NCBI GenBank assembly: GCA_965220395.1
Contig: CBDCPT010000004.1
Location: 647,433-711,432 of the forward strand
Length of the DNA: 64,000 bases
Direction of reading: 5' to 3'
Source: Arenicellales bacterium
Lineage (GTDB): Bacteria > Pseudomonadota > Gammaproteobacteria > Arenicellales > JAJDZL01
Of the stretch, positions 29,915 through 40,317 are shown piece after piece. The position numbers were made by a program, and so were the translations under genes. Within the stretch, counting starts at the first letter, position 1. Every line of letters begins with the position of its first letter. The notes beneath the pieces were generated by a model. It ran no database searches. It worked only from the letters and a program-made list of their open reading frames with translations, and was not told the origin of the DNA.

Positions 29915-31093
29915 TCAACGCCCAGATTTCAATGCTGCCTTCTTGTAAACATCGAAAGCTTTCTCTGCATAACCTTGATTTTCAAGCAACTGACCGAGTT
30001 CCTCGAATGCTTCTCTTCTACCGCCATGTTGAATTGACAACTCTAAACAACCCTGTGCCTTACCCCAAAGACTGTTTCGATTGGCCAATTTGCCGGTTGT
30101 AAGGAGCATATCCGCGTCTTCGGGATGCAGTTTTGTCCACTTCACTGCTGTGTCATATAACCGTCTGGAATCCATGTCGCCACCTATCAGTCCATACAGG
30201 TAGGCCAGATCTGAATTCCAAGTTCGGTCCAAGACACGTCGAATGATTTTCTCGGCTTCCTCATGACGATCAAATTCAAGCAATTTGCGTACGTAAACAG
30301 CGGATAATTCAGGATCATTCTGAACATGATTGGATGACCGTTTCCAGATCGCTAATAGTTCACTGGAAGAGTCAACCAACTGCAGTCTATGTCGCAATAC
30401 ACGGGAAGACAGCATTCTGAATTCTTTGGATGAATAGGCCTGGGACTTCTGCAAGTGCGGGAGCAGTTGATCCAATGAAGTCCAGTCTTCGGTTTTCTGA
30501 TACGCCTCAGCGAGAGTTCGAAAGGCAGCACCATTATTCGGTAGTGCAGAGCAGAGTTTTTTCAATTCTTCGATCGCAGAGGAATATTCATTCTGATCTA
30601 TCTGCAATCTGCAAGTTACCAGAGAAACAACATGCTGATACTCCTGCCCCTGTTCTTTCGCTTTGATCAAGTAAGCATCCCGCTCGCCTAGATTGCCTCG
30701 TTTCTGTGCCGCGTACGCCGCAGCCAGATGATTAATAGCCGCTTCAGGCAGGTGCTTTGCTGCGCCTTCTAAAAGTTTTTCCGCCTTGGCCCAGTCTCCC
30801 ATCAATAGATGCCTGAACCCTTTCGCAGTCGTAATCAATTTTTTCTGTTCACGATACTCTCGATATGACTTGCCTACCCGACCCGGAATTCCAACAATAC
30901 CGCCAATCAACTCTACTAATACATACAGCAGCAGAACTACAAGAAATGTAAACGTAACAACCAAGATCAGAGAGGTTTCAACTTGCCAGCTGCCCCACTG
31001 CAGAAAAATATAGCCTGGCTCTCCAATAACGTAAATCGTTGCAACGGAAGCCGCTGCAATCAATATCAATACAAGAATCAGATAGAGCATCAA
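29915..31093 (-). CDS. hemY: HemY-family TPR membrane protein
   Basis: 392 aa with two N-terminal TM segments followed by TPR-like repeats. Located downstream of hemX. Confidence 0.8.
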   Translation of the reverse strand: MMLYLILVLILIAAASVATIYVIGEPGYIFLQWGSWQVETSLILVVTFTFLVVLLLYVLVELIGGIVGIPGRVGKSYREYREQKKLITTAKGFRHLLMGDWAKAEKLLEGAAKHLPEAAINHLAAAYAAQKRGNLGERDAYLIKAKEQGQEYQHVVSLVTCRLQIDQNEYSSAIEELKKLCSALPNNGAAFRTLAEAYQKTEDWTSLDQLLPHLQKSQAYSSKEFRMLSSRVLRHRLQLVDSSSELLAIWKRSSNHVQNDPELSAVYVRKLLEFDRHEEAEKIIRRVLDRTWNSDLAYLYGLIGGDMDSRRLYDTAVKWTKLHPEDADMLLTTGKLANRNSLWGKAQGCLELSIQHGGRREAFEELGQLLENQGYAEKAFDVYKKAALKSGR

Positions 31094-32254
31094 TTAATTG
31101 ACAGAAGCTTTGCCAATTACTTGCTGAAGCAGATTGAGCGAGCCAGACAAATCCGGAACGACCATAGTCACGGGTGTGCTGATCAATTGTTCAACTTTTC
31201 CCGAAAAGACACTCACCTCTTTCGAGCTTTTTGAATAGTGCCGATCGATTGTCAGTTGTATGTATTCGAGGTTACTTCGATAAACCGCTTCCTCGCCACG
31301 AAGTGCAGCAACTTGAGCGGCGAACAAAGCGGTCTTCAGGGTTTCGACAAAATAGAGTTTCATGTCAGGCTTGAGCGGCAACAACGCTATATCGCCAATT
31401 TTCCGGACCCGAACCAGTGATTTCAGGTCCTGCCAGGCCTCATCCAGCATTCCGCTCCAAAATGAATCGCTTTCATCCGGCTGCTGAGTAACTTCTTCGG
31501 TATTCACTGCCGCATCGACGGAAGTTATGGACATCGTCGTATCAAGCGGCAGCGATTCAATGGATTCAGTCAGCTGAAGCAACCGATTCGCCAGACTGGC
31601 GACATCCACCTGCTCCAAATCTTTCAACTGAATGATTTCCTCATTGATCGCCGTCTTGACCGCTTGAAGTCGCGGATCTGAATTCTGTTTCAGCTGTTCA
31701 TCAACCACCTGCCAGATTACCAGCGCTGAGTCAACGTCGCCGGAAATCTGCAGCCGCTGATTTCCCATCAGTAGAAGATAAATCAGTTCCTCCAGTTTCC
31801 AATTATCAGAATCGCGTTCCAAATTCTGATATACCGCAGATATGGATTCAACGACATTGTCGATCCGCTCCTTGAGTTCTGAATCGGATGCCCGAGATGA
31901 AATCTCCATGCTCTTGAGTGCTGAAATCTGCGCCTGAATTTGTTCTTTCAGTTCCTGATCACGAACATCAATCTGAGCAGCCAAAGTCTTGTAGCTCTGA
32001 AGCGATTTTGCAATTTGTTCCTCAATAGCATCAGATTTGAGAACGTCTGAGTCAAACTGTGGAACAATCTGCAGTTCAAGACGATAGGCTAAATACCCTG
32101 CTCCGATTAGAGAAACCACAGAAACAAGAACTGCGGTCGCTACCCAAAATTTCAGCGTGAAAGAAGATTTTGGAGCTTGCCCTTCGATCTTCTCTGAGAC
32201 TGCTGCCTCAGTTGTGACCTCTGATTGTTCGGGTTCTTGCGTTGTTTCGGGCAT
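31094..32254 (-). CDS. hemX: HemX-family membrane protein
   Basis: 386 aa with a single TM segment and a long coiled-coil region. Located between hemD and hemY; its stop abuts the hemY start. Confidence 0.7.
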   Translation of the reverse strand: MPETTQEPEQSEVTTEAAVSEKIEGQAPKSSFTLKFWVATAVLVSVVSLIGAGYLAYRLELQIVPQFDSDVLKSDAIEEQIAKSLQSYKTLAAQIDVRDQELKEQIQAQISALKSMEISSRASDSELKERIDNVVESISAVYQNLERDSDNWKLEELIYLLLMGNQRLQISGDVDSALVIWQVVDEQLKQNSDPRLQAVKTAINEEIIQLKDLEQVDVASLANRLLQLTESIESLPLDTTMSITSVDAAVNTEEVTQQPDESDSFWSGMLDEAWQDLKSLVRVRKIGDIALLPLKPDMKLYFVETLKTALFAAQVAALRGEEAVYRSNLEYIQLTIDRHYSKSSKEVSVFSGKVEQLISTPVTMVVPDLSGSLNLLQQVIGKASVN

Positions 32255-32322
32255 GCCTTTAATTCCAGAAAATAATCTTGGCGATCATTCAACTTGAACC
32301 TGTTGAATAGTAGTTCTTCATT

Positions 32323-33129
32323 TTATACAGTCTCTTGCTCAATCGCTTCCACTACTGCATCGTCCGAAGACTCACTTGGAATGACGATCCGATCAAAGCC
32401 CTGCTGTTTCAAGTACTCTGCAATTCTATCGCTGTAAGCGACCATGCACGAAAGCTTCAATTTCTCCGTCAACTTCGCCCCAATCAACTCGAACAAATTC
32501 GATGCACCCGTTACGCTGGTAATCACCGTGAAATCTACATGCCTGCCTTTCATGCAATTGGCAACTGACTGGACATCTGCATCAGGCAAAATCCGCTGAT
32601 ATACCACTAGATGCTCTACGGATGGAGAACCCTTCTGTCGCAATCGTTCTGAAAGCTTCTTGGAACCTTCTCCGCCACCGTCAACAATCGTCGTCGGAAT
32701 ACCCACCAAGTTCTGCATTTCGTCCATCTCCATCAAACCTTCAACACCGAATTTGTTACTCGGCGCCAGAACGTCACTCACTCCAAACGTCTTCCGAATG
32801 GATTCCGCGGTCTTTGGGCCGACTGCCGCACACTCCAAGTATTGCGGCCACTGCAGATTTATTGAGGTCATGCAATGGGCAGTCGCGGCAACTGCATTTC
32901 TGCTTATGAAAATCACCATACGCCGACCGCGATCTGAGTTGACCATGCGCTCAATTTCCGACTTCTCCGCTACGAATTGAATTTCAATAGATGGTAATTG
33001 AATCGGTGTGCCGCCTCGGTGTTCGATTTGTTGAACCAAGTAATCTTCAAAAATCGCCGGCCGAGTAATGAGAACGCATTTTCCGGATAAGCTGGAATTC
33101 CGTAGCGACTTATGCCTGCTGGAAGTCAT
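32323..33129 (-). CDS. hemD: Uroporphyrinogen-III synthase
   Basis: 268 aa. Overlaps the hemC stop by 20 nt. Assigned from operon context and HemD-like length and repeat architecture. Confidence 0.7.
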   Translation of the reverse strand: MTSSRHKSLRNSSLSGKCVLITRPAIFEDYLVQQIEHRGGTPIQLPSIEIQFVAEKSEIERMVNSDRGRRMVIFISRNAVAATAHCMTSINLQWPQYLECAAVGPKTAESIRKTFGVSDVLAPSNKFGVEGLMEMDEMQNLVGIPTTIVDGGGEGSKKLSERLRQKGSPSVEHLVVYQRILPDADVQSVANCMKGRHVDFTVITSVTGASNLFELIGAKLTEKLKLSCMVAYSDRIAEYLKQQGFDRIVIPSESSDDAVVEAIEQETV

Positions 33130-34054
33130 TCAGTATTTCCTCAGCGCCTCGAAAGCGTAGAATTTCCGCGAGATTCAGAGCTACCACTTTCCAATCGCCC
33201 ACTGAACCTTCCAACTGGGCGCAAACATTGTTTTCCCCATCCGGCGTACTGACTGAAGCAGACATGAAAATTCGCCCATTCTCTACGGTCGCATGAATTC
33301 CGATCGGTACGTGACAGTTACCGCCTAGTTCAAGGTTTACGGTTCTTTCCGCACTAACCGCGATATGGCTTGATTCGTGATTGAGAGAGGCAATCAGTTC
33401 CTGAACTTTTATGTCACTGCTTCTGCACTCAACTCCCACAGCACCTTGTCCCGGCGAGGGGACGTGGCACGAACCACGAAGCTGTTGGGTGACATGATGC
33501 TCCAAATTAAGTCTTTGCAATCCGGAAACTGCCAGTATGATCGCGTCAAAATCTCCGTCACCCAGTCGACCGAGTCGGGTAGGAACGTTTCCCCGCAAGG
33601 TTTGAATGGTCAAGTCACTACGAATACGGAGCAATTGGCTCTGTCGTCGCAGACTGCTTGTCCCGACCACGGCGTGTTGAGGTAGTTCGTCAATTGAAGC
33701 AAATTCATTGGATACGAAAGCATCATAAGGATTTCCGCGCTCAAGAATGGCGGGAATACAATATTTCTCAGCAAGATGAACAGTCACATCTTTCATGGAG
33801 TGAACTGCAATGTCAATACGATCATCCGACAATGCACGTTCAAGCTCCTTGATGAACAGCCCCTTCCCTCCCAATTCTGACAGCACAACATCCAGCCTGC
33901 GATCGCCCTCGGTTTCAATCGACACAATCTCAATTTCTACTTCAGGAAAATGTTCAAGCAGCAGTCCGGCAACATAATTCGCCTGCCATTTAGCAAGTTG
34001 ACTGCGTCGAGTACCGATTCGGACTGTCTTCATAACAGAATATTTCTGGGGCAA
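33110..34054 (-). CDS. hemC: Hydroxymethylbilane synthase (porphobilinogen deaminase)
   Basis: 314 aa with IGTRRSQLA, the TRGD-like EGDR region, and GSCHVPIG at the cofactor cysteine. Confidence 0.9.
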   Translation of the reverse strand: MPQKYSVMKTVRIGTRRSQLAKWQANYVAGLLLEHFPEVEIEIVSIETEGDRRLDVVLSELGGKGLFIKELERALSDDRIDIAVHSMKDVTVHLAEKYCIPAILERGNPYDAFVSNEFASIDELPQHAVVGTSSLRRQSQLLRIRSDLTIQTLRGNVPTRLGRLGDGDFDAIILAVSGLQRLNLEHHVTQQLRGSCHVPSPGQGAVGVECRSSDIKVQELIASLNHESSHIAVSAERTVNLELGGNCHVPIGIHATVENGRIFMSASVSTPDGENNVCAQLEGSVGDWKVVALNLAEILRFRGAEEILNDFQQA

Positions 34055-34309
34055 GTGATATTGATGCTGAAAAGGAAGATAGGCGCGAAATTGCGCTACT
34101 GTGCTTTGTCGTTACGTTCCTGAAGGTTTGTTTCTAATATTATAATGTTGTTGATTTTGAATAATTCGGGTGACAGAGAGTGCCAGAATTAGAATTCCAC
34201 TGTCTGAACACTTGCAATATTTCTAACCAATTACGTATCACTCACGTCAATACTACTATCCTGCCCCAGATTCCATCTTTGGTGAAATTTTGACACAAGA
34301 TTAATTTCA

Positions 34310-35695
34310 ATGAATGAGAAACAGCCAAAGCTCTGGGGAGGGCGATTCGCTCAACCAACTGATTCAACTGTAGAGTCGTTCAGCTCCTCAGTTTCGTTCG
34401 ACCAAAGGCTTTATCGGCAGGATATAGCAGGGTCTATCGCACATGCACGCATGCTGAACAAAGTCGGAATTCTCACCGACGCCGAATTTGCTGCAATCTC
34501 GGCAGGATTGGAGGAAATTCTTTCACAAATTGAATCTGGGGCTTTCGAGTGGTCCATCGAACTGGAAGATGTTCATATGAATATCGAAAGACGATTGACC
34601 GATCAAATCGGAGAAGTCGGAAAGAAACTCCATACAGGGCGTTCACGGAACGATCAAGTTGCAACTGATCTCAGGCTTTACGTTCGAGATGCAGTTGATG
34701 CCATTATCCATGAACTGGCTGAATTTCAGAATACACTGTTGGATATCGCTGAATCAGAAGCCGCTACCATAATGCCGGGATACACGCATCTGCAGATTGC
34801 CCAGCCAATAACTTTTGGACATCACCTGCTTGCGTGGTTCGAGATGCTCGGTCGCGATCGACAGCGTTTTGCTGATTCCCGCAAGAGGATCAATTGTTCG
34901 CCGCTAGGGTCCGCCGCACTAGCCGGTACAGGATTTTCGATCGACCGAAATATGACGGCCGAAGAATTGGGATTTGAGGATATCTGCAGGAATTCGCTTG
35001 ACGCAGTTTCCGATCGGGACTTTGCGATTGAAACCGCAGCACATGCTGCCATTGCCATGATTCACCTGTCAAGAATCGGAGAAGAATTGGTACTGTGGGC
35101 GTCAGAGGCTTACAAGTTCATTACCATTTCCGATCAATTCACGACCGGCTCCAGTATCATGCCGCAGAAAAAGAACCCCGACATCGCGGAACTGGTACGT
35201 GGGAAAAGCGCTCGAACCGCAGGCAATTTGCAAGCGCTGTTGATGCTGATGAAAGCTCAGCCGCTGGCATACAATCGAGACAATCAGGAAGATAAAGAAG
35301 CGTTATTCGATACGATTGATACCGTCACTGCAAGCTTAAAGATCATGAACGGCATGATAAAAAACATTGAACCCTGTCGCGAGCGCATGCGAAAAGCTGC
35401 TGATGATGGATTTTCTACCGCAACCGATCTGGCAGACTATCTAGTTAGCCGAAACATACCGTTCCGGGATGCTCATGACATCGTCGGACGAATTGTACGT
35501 CATTGCCTCGATAATCATCTTAGCTTGGAATCACTTTCTTTGAAGGATCTGCAGTCATTTCACTCGTCTATCGACGAGAATGCACTCACGGCTCTGAACC
35601 CCGAATCTTCTGTTGCGGCAAGAAACCATGCTGGAGGGACAGCCCCAAAACAGGTGCTATTGGCAGTAAAGGAAGGACGGCAACGCATCGGATGA
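34310..35695 (+). CDS. argH: Argininosuccinate lyase
   Basis: 461 aa with the [12 protein letters not shown] fumarate-lyase signature. Confidence 0.9.
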   Translation: MNEKQPKLWGGRFAQPTDSTVESFSSSVSFDQRLYRQDIAGSIAHARMLNKVGILTDAEFAAISAGLEEILSQIESGAFEWSIELEDVHMNIERRLTDQIGEVGKKLHTGRSRNDQVATDLRLYVRDAVDAIIHELAEFQNTLLDIAESEAATIMPGYTHLQIAQPITFGHHLLAWFEMLGRDRQRFADSRKRINCSPLGSAALAGTGFSIDRNMTAEELGFEDICRNSLDAVSDRDFAIETAAHAAIAMIHLSRIGEELVLWASEAYKFITISDQFTTGSSIMPQKKNPDIAELVRGKSARTAGNLQALLMLMKAQPLAYNRDNQEDKEALFDTIDTVTASLKIMNGMIKNIEPCRERMRKAADDGFSTATDLADYLVSRNIPFRDAHDIVGRIVRHCLDNHLSLESLSLKDLQSFHSSIDENALTALNPESSVAARNHAGGTAPKQVLLAVKEGRQRIG

Positions 35696-35747
35696 TCCTA
35701 GCGGTGAAACGACTTGCGAGAAAATTACAGACAAGGCAGATATTTCC

Positions 35748-35903
35748 ATGAGATTGAAATACAAACTGACAACCGTTGCGGCGACTCTTATCGTTGCACT
35801 AATGGTTGCCTCATGCGGTAAAAAAGGTCCGCTGACTCTTCCTTCTGCTTTCAATGCGAATGTGCACTCCATATCCGTTGTCGTTTCTTCTCTGCGCGAG
35901 TAA
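35748..35903 (+). CDS. lptM: Small lipoprotein, LptM/YifL-like (51 aa, not in the ORF track)
   Basis: Hand translation MRLKYKLTTVAATLIVALMVASCGKKGPLTLP..., with a lipobox followed by CGKKGPL. Lies immediately upstream of lysA, as in many gammaproteobacteria. Confidence 0.6.
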   Translation: MRLKYKLTTVAATLIVALMVASCGKKGPLTLPSAFNANVHSISVVVSSLRE

Positions 35904-37175
35904 ATGAAGTTTTTTGAATATCGAGATAACCTGCTTCATGCAGAAGACGTTGCGCTGCCAATCATTGCTGAATCCGTAGGAACGCCCTGCTACATATACT
36001 CACAGGCGGCACTGGAACAAAACTGGCGATCATTCGACGAAGGGTTGAATGGAAGAGATGCCACAATATTCTATTCCGTAAAAGCCAACTCCAATCTCGC
36101 CGTGCTAGCCCTGATGGCAAAACTTGGATCTGGTTTTGACATCGTATCCGGTGGCGAACTTCAACGGGTCATACGGGCAGGCGGCAGGCCTGAAAACACC
36201 ATTTTCTCCGGTGTTGGTAAATCTGAAGAAGAAATTCGGCTGGCTCTTGAGCATGGAATATTTTCATTGAATCTAGAATCTGATGCGGAATTGGCGCGTA
36301 TTCATGAGATTGCAAGCGAACTGGGAGTGAATGCTCCAATCAGTATTCGCGTCAATCCAGATGTAGATGCCGAAACCCACCCGCATATTTCGACTGGACT
36401 TCGCGAAGCCAAATTTGGCATCCCTTTCGGTGAAGCTCGGAGAATTTATCAAACAGCGGCAAAACTGGATCATATCAATGTTCTCGGGATTGCCGTGCAC
36501 ATTGGCTCGCAAATCACTTCTCTCGCACCAATTGTCAACGCACTTGAACGCATCATCGATCTGGCGGAAGAGCTTTCGTCAGACGGAATTGAAATCCAGC
36601 ATCTGGATCTCGGCGGCGGACTTGGAGTTAAGTATCAAGATGAGCAGCCTCCGGATATCGCTCATTACTGCGAGGCGATCGGAGAGGTTCTCGATAAGCG
36701 AAATTGCCAACTCTCGATTTCAGTTGAGCCGGGACGCTCAGTCACTGCCCAAGCTGGAATATTGCTCAGCAAAGTGGAGTACATCAAAAAGGCCGAAATC
36801 AAAAATTTTGCAATTGTCGACGGCGCAATGAACGACTTGCTGCGACCAGTGCTTTATGATGCCTGGATGGAGATTATTCCGGTTGCACTAGGTGGCGATA
36901 GAGCAGAAGAAGTCTACGATGTAGTCGGTCCTGTTTGTGAAACGGGCGATTACCTCGGCTTGAATCGCAAGCTGGCAGTTCGCAGTGGAGATTTGATTGC
37001 TGTTTGTGGGGCGGGCGCTTATGGTGCGGTCATGTCATCCAATTACAATTCGAGACCCAAGCCTGCGGAAGTAATGGTTAACGGGGACGCATTCGAACAA
37101 ATACGAGTTCGTGAATCGATTGAGCACATCCTGGATATAGAAGACATTCCCAATAGATTGATGCCGATTGCCTGA
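35904..37175 (+). CDS. lysA: Diaminopimelate decarboxylase
   Basis: 423 aa, PLP-dependent fold III decarboxylase, with YSVKAN and CETGD motifs. Confidence 0.9.
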   Translation: MKFFEYRDNLLHAEDVALPIIAESVGTPCYIYSQAALEQNWRSFDEGLNGRDATIFYSVKANSNLAVLALMAKLGSGFDIVSGGELQRVIRAGGRPENTIFSGVGKSEEEIRLALEHGIFSLNLESDAELARIHEIASELGVNAPISIRVNPDVDAETHPHISTGLREAKFGIPFGEARRIYQTAAKLDHINVLGIAVHIGSQITSLAPIVNALERIIDLAEELSSDGIEIQHLDLGGGLGVKYQDEQPPDIAHYCEAIGEVLDKRNCQLSISVEPGRSVTAQAGILLSKVEYIKKAEIKNFAIVDGAMNDLLRPVLYDAWMEIIPVALGGDRAEEVYDVVGPVCETGDYLGLNRKLAVRSGDLIAVCGAGAYGAVMSSNYNSRPKPAEVMVNGDAFEQIRVRESIEHILDIEDIPNRLMPIA

Positions 37176-37208
37176 GGAGTTCATTAAATATGGAAATTCA
37201 ATCCCTGC

Positions 37209-37787
37209 TCAACCGAAATCCCGACCCATGCTGTAAAATTCTGCGTTCGGCTCCATTGACAGAAAACTTGCCATGCGATTACTCAATCCAAAGAACGAAG
37301 TTATACCAGCAATGTCCCAGGTGTCTTCGTCACTGAATCCGGCTTCCCGCATCACCTTGAAATCCTTTTCACAGATAGCCCATGACTCGTTGCAGACCTT
37401 CAAGGCGAAATCTAGCATCGCCATCTGCCTGGGAGTTATGTTTGCCTTTCGGTAGTTCACTGCGACCTGATCCGCAACCAGTGGATCTTTTGCGCGAATT
37501 CGAAGTACTGCCCCGTGGGCAACCACGCAATATTGACAGTTGTTTTCGCCAGATGTCGTAACGACGATCATCTCCATGTCTGCCTTTGACAATCCGCTTT
37601 CCTTTTCCATCAACGCGTCGTGATACGCGAAAAATGCCCGAAACTCATCGGGGCGATACGAAAGTGCAAGAAATACATTGGGAATGAAACCGGCTTTCTC
37701 CTGAACGGCCAGCATCCTTTCTTGGATGTCTTTCGGAAGATCGGCGAATTCCGGTACTGGGTATCGGCTCGGTGAAGTACTTCTCAT
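37209..37787 (-). CDS. AhpD-like / carboxymuconolactone decarboxylase family peroxidase-related protein
   Basis: 192 aa with the NCQYCVVAH CxxC motif. Confidence 0.75.
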   Translation of the reverse strand: MRSTSPSRYPVPEFADLPKDIQERMLAVQEKAGFIPNVFLALSYRPDEFRAFFAYHDALMEKESGLSKADMEMIVVTTSGENNCQYCVVAHGAVLRIRAKDPLVADQVAVNYRKANITPRQMAMLDFALKVCNESWAICEKDFKVMREAGFSDEDTWDIAGITSFFGLSNRMASFLSMEPNAEFYSMGRDFG

Positions 37788-37876
37788 TTACTTTGCAGCT
37801 CCAGTTCTGAGTATCAATTACTAATTTAATGTTAGTTATCTTTATATTTAAATGCTAATCAACGTTTTATTGGCAG

Positions 37877-40288
37877 TTAGCTTCGCATACGCTTCCCAGC
37901 TGGATCAAATAAAGATTCCGTGACCAATTGCGCTCTCTTGGGAGTACCTATAATCTCAATGCTGATTTCTTCGCTTTGCAGCTTGGATGGGGGTATATAA
38001 CCCAACGCGATGCTTTTTCCTATTGTGTGACCAAAAGCTCCCGATGTCACAATTCCGACAACTTCACCATCACAGATAATCGGTTCACCCCCGACGGCGT
38101 CTTCGTCATCGACTTCGACCGTGAAGCATGACAATAGCCATTTGGGAGTTTCATTAGCTGCTTGCAGCAGAGCATCTCTACCGATAAATTTGCCCTTTTC
38201 AGGTTTCACAAAACGATCAAGCTTGGAATGGTAGGGGTTATATTCCGGTGAATATTCCCGTCCCCAGCTTCCATAACCTTTCTCAAGTCTCAATGAGAGC
38301 AGCGCCCGAGAACCAACCTGAACTAATCCTACACTCTGTCCTTTATCCATGACGAACTCGAGTACCTCAAGTTGGTGCTCACTTGGAAAGTACAGTTCAT
38401 AACCAAGCTCTCCTGTAAATGCCACTCTCAGTACCCACGCGGTCGCGGGACCGATCTGCATGCGACGGATGCTCATAAACCGCTGCACATCTGGGGAAAA
38501 GTCTTCACCCGTCAGCGATTCCATCAATTCTCTAGAACGCGGACCCGATATGGACATCCCCACCCAGTCAACAGTCATACTGGTCAGTTCTACACCATCG
38601 CGAAGAGAGTTTTTTCGAAACCATCTCCAGTGGCTGCCTTCAGCGACTCCTGCACCAATTAACAGGAACTCATCATCATCCAGTCGCGCAACAGTGAAAT
38701 CTGCCACCACACCTCCTTTTTCATGCACCATCGGAATAAGCGACATTCTGTGCTTTGCCGGAAGTCGATTGGTGGTCAATCCGTCCAGCCATTCGAGTGC
38801 GCGGCGGCCCTTGACCAGATATTTCGCGTACGCCGAGGTATCCAAGAGTCCAGCACCGGCGCGCAGTCCCTTACACTCCTGCGCGATCGGTTCAAATGAC
38901 TCGGTTCGCCGAAATGAGTAGGTTTCGGCTTGAGGCATTCCTTCTGGTGCAAACCACATCGGAACCTCCCAGCCGTATTGGGCACCGAAAATTGCTCCAC
39001 GTTCATTTTGCTGTTTCCAGGCCGAACGTTTTCTGACAGGTCGTCCAGCCATTCGTTCTTCAAATGGAAAGAAAATTCGGAATCGAGACTGGTAATTGTC
39101 CGCAGTCGTTGCCAGAATGTAATCCTGTGTCACCCAGTCGCCGAAACGTGCAACGTCAATCGGCCACAAATCCAGGCTCGGTTGACCATCCAATATCCAC
39201 TCTGCCATCATCAGTCCGAGACCTCCGCCGATACTGAAACCGGGAATCAAGCCGCCGATTAGAAAGTAGTTGGAGAGTTGCGGGACTTCACCGAAGAGCG
39301 GCAGAATGTCTGGCGTCCAGATCATCGGACCATTGACCACCCTTTTCACACCTGCGGTTTCAAGACACGGCATGCGGTGCATCGCGCGAGCGATGTTGTC
39401 TATGATTCGATCCAGATCATCCGGAAGAAGATCATGACCGAAATCGGATGGCGTGCCGTCCACAGCCCAAGGTCTGCCACCGCGTTCGTATGCACCGACA
39501 AGAAGGCCCTTGCCTTCCTGGCGCATATAGTATTCGCCATCATTGTCATGGATCAGCGGAAACTCTCTGCCAAGTGCCTCAATCTCAGGAATATTGTCGG
39601 TAACAAAATACTGATGTTCCATCGGCATCAGCGGAAGTTTCAATCCGGCAAGTTTTCCAACTTCCCGGCCCCAAAGTCCTGCGCAGTTCACCAAGTATCG
39701 ACATCCAATCTGCCCTTCGGGCGTATCTACGGTCCAGCCGCCATTCGCTTGCTGTGTAGTCGCTGTAACTGGATGATATCGGTAAATCGTTGCGCCATAC
39801 TTTCGCGCACCGGCAGCATAGGCGTTAGTTACACCGTTTGGATCGATATGCGCTTCATTCGGTTCGTACATGGCACTGAAGACGCCTTCAAGATTGATCA
39901 GTGGATTCAATTCACGTACATCGTCCAATGAAATCATGTCGAATTCCAAACCCAGATATTTGGCTTTCGACGCCTGAATCCTGATCTGATCATGACGTTC
40001 AGGAGTCGTCGACAGATAGATGCCGCCAACTGGATGCAAGCCGCACGACTGGCCTGTTTCCTCTTCTAGCTGCGGATAGAGAGTGATCGTGTAATAATGA
40101 AGTTTTGAGAGATTGGCGTTGTCCTGCAGAACATGGGTATTCCCCGCTGCGTGCCAGGTAGATCCTGAGGTAAGTTCGGACCTTTCCAGTAGAACGACGT
40201 CTTTGCAACCCCGTTTAGCCAAATGATAAGCGACGCTGCAACCTGCCACGCCACCGCCAATAATTACTACTTCAGCAGTTTTTTTCAC
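37877..40288 (-). CDS. FAD oxidoreductase fused to a GcvT-type folate-binding domain (dimethylglycine/sarcosine dehydrogenase-like)
   Basis: 803 aa with an N-terminal GGGVAGCS DAO domain and a C-terminal aminomethyltransferase-like domain. Confidence 0.85.
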   Translation of the reverse strand: MKKTAEVVIIGGGVAGCSVAYHLAKRGCKDVVLLERSELTSGSTWHAAGNTHVLQDNANLSKLHYYTITLYPQLEEETGQSCGLHPVGGIYLSTTPERHDQIRIQASKAKYLGLEFDMISLDDVRELNPLINLEGVFSAMYEPNEAHIDPNGVTNAYAAGARKYGATIYRYHPVTATTQQANGGWTVDTPEGQIGCRYLVNCAGLWGREVGKLAGLKLPLMPMEHQYFVTDNIPEIEALGREFPLIHDNDGEYYMRQEGKGLLVGAYERGGRPWAVDGTPSDFGHDLLPDDLDRIIDNIARAMHRMPCLETAGVKRVVNGPMIWTPDILPLFGEVPQLSNYFLIGGLIPGFSIGGGLGLMMAEWILDGQPSLDLWPIDVARFGDWVTQDYILATTADNYQSRFRIFFPFEERMAGRPVRKRSAWKQQNERGAIFGAQYGWEVPMWFAPEGMPQAETYSFRRTESFEPIAQECKGLRAGAGLLDTSAYAKYLVKGRRALEWLDGLTTNRLPAKHRMSLIPMVHEKGGVVADFTVARLDDDEFLLIGAGVAEGSHWRWFRKNSLRDGVELTSMTVDWVGMSISGPRSRELMESLTGEDFSPDVQRFMSIRRMQIGPATAWVLRVAFTGELGYELYFPSEHQLEVLEFVMDKGQSVGLVQVGSRALLSLRLEKGYGSWGREYSPEYNPYHSKLDRFVKPEKGKFIGRDALLQAANETPKWLLSCFTVEVDDEDAVGGEPIICDGEVVGIVTSGAFGHTIGKSIALGYIPPSKLQSEEISIEIIGTPKRAQLVTESLFDPAGKRMRS

Positions 40289-40317
40289 CGCCTCACTCTC
40301 CTCTTCAAATGGGAATT

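Noticed and set aside
34211-34226. TTGCAATATTTCTA upstream of argH resembles the core of the 38-bp inverted repeat (TTGCAATATTTTCTA).
   Set aside because: This is only about a 14-nt AT-rich match with a gap. Chance occurrence is plausible in 128 kb of two-strand sequence.
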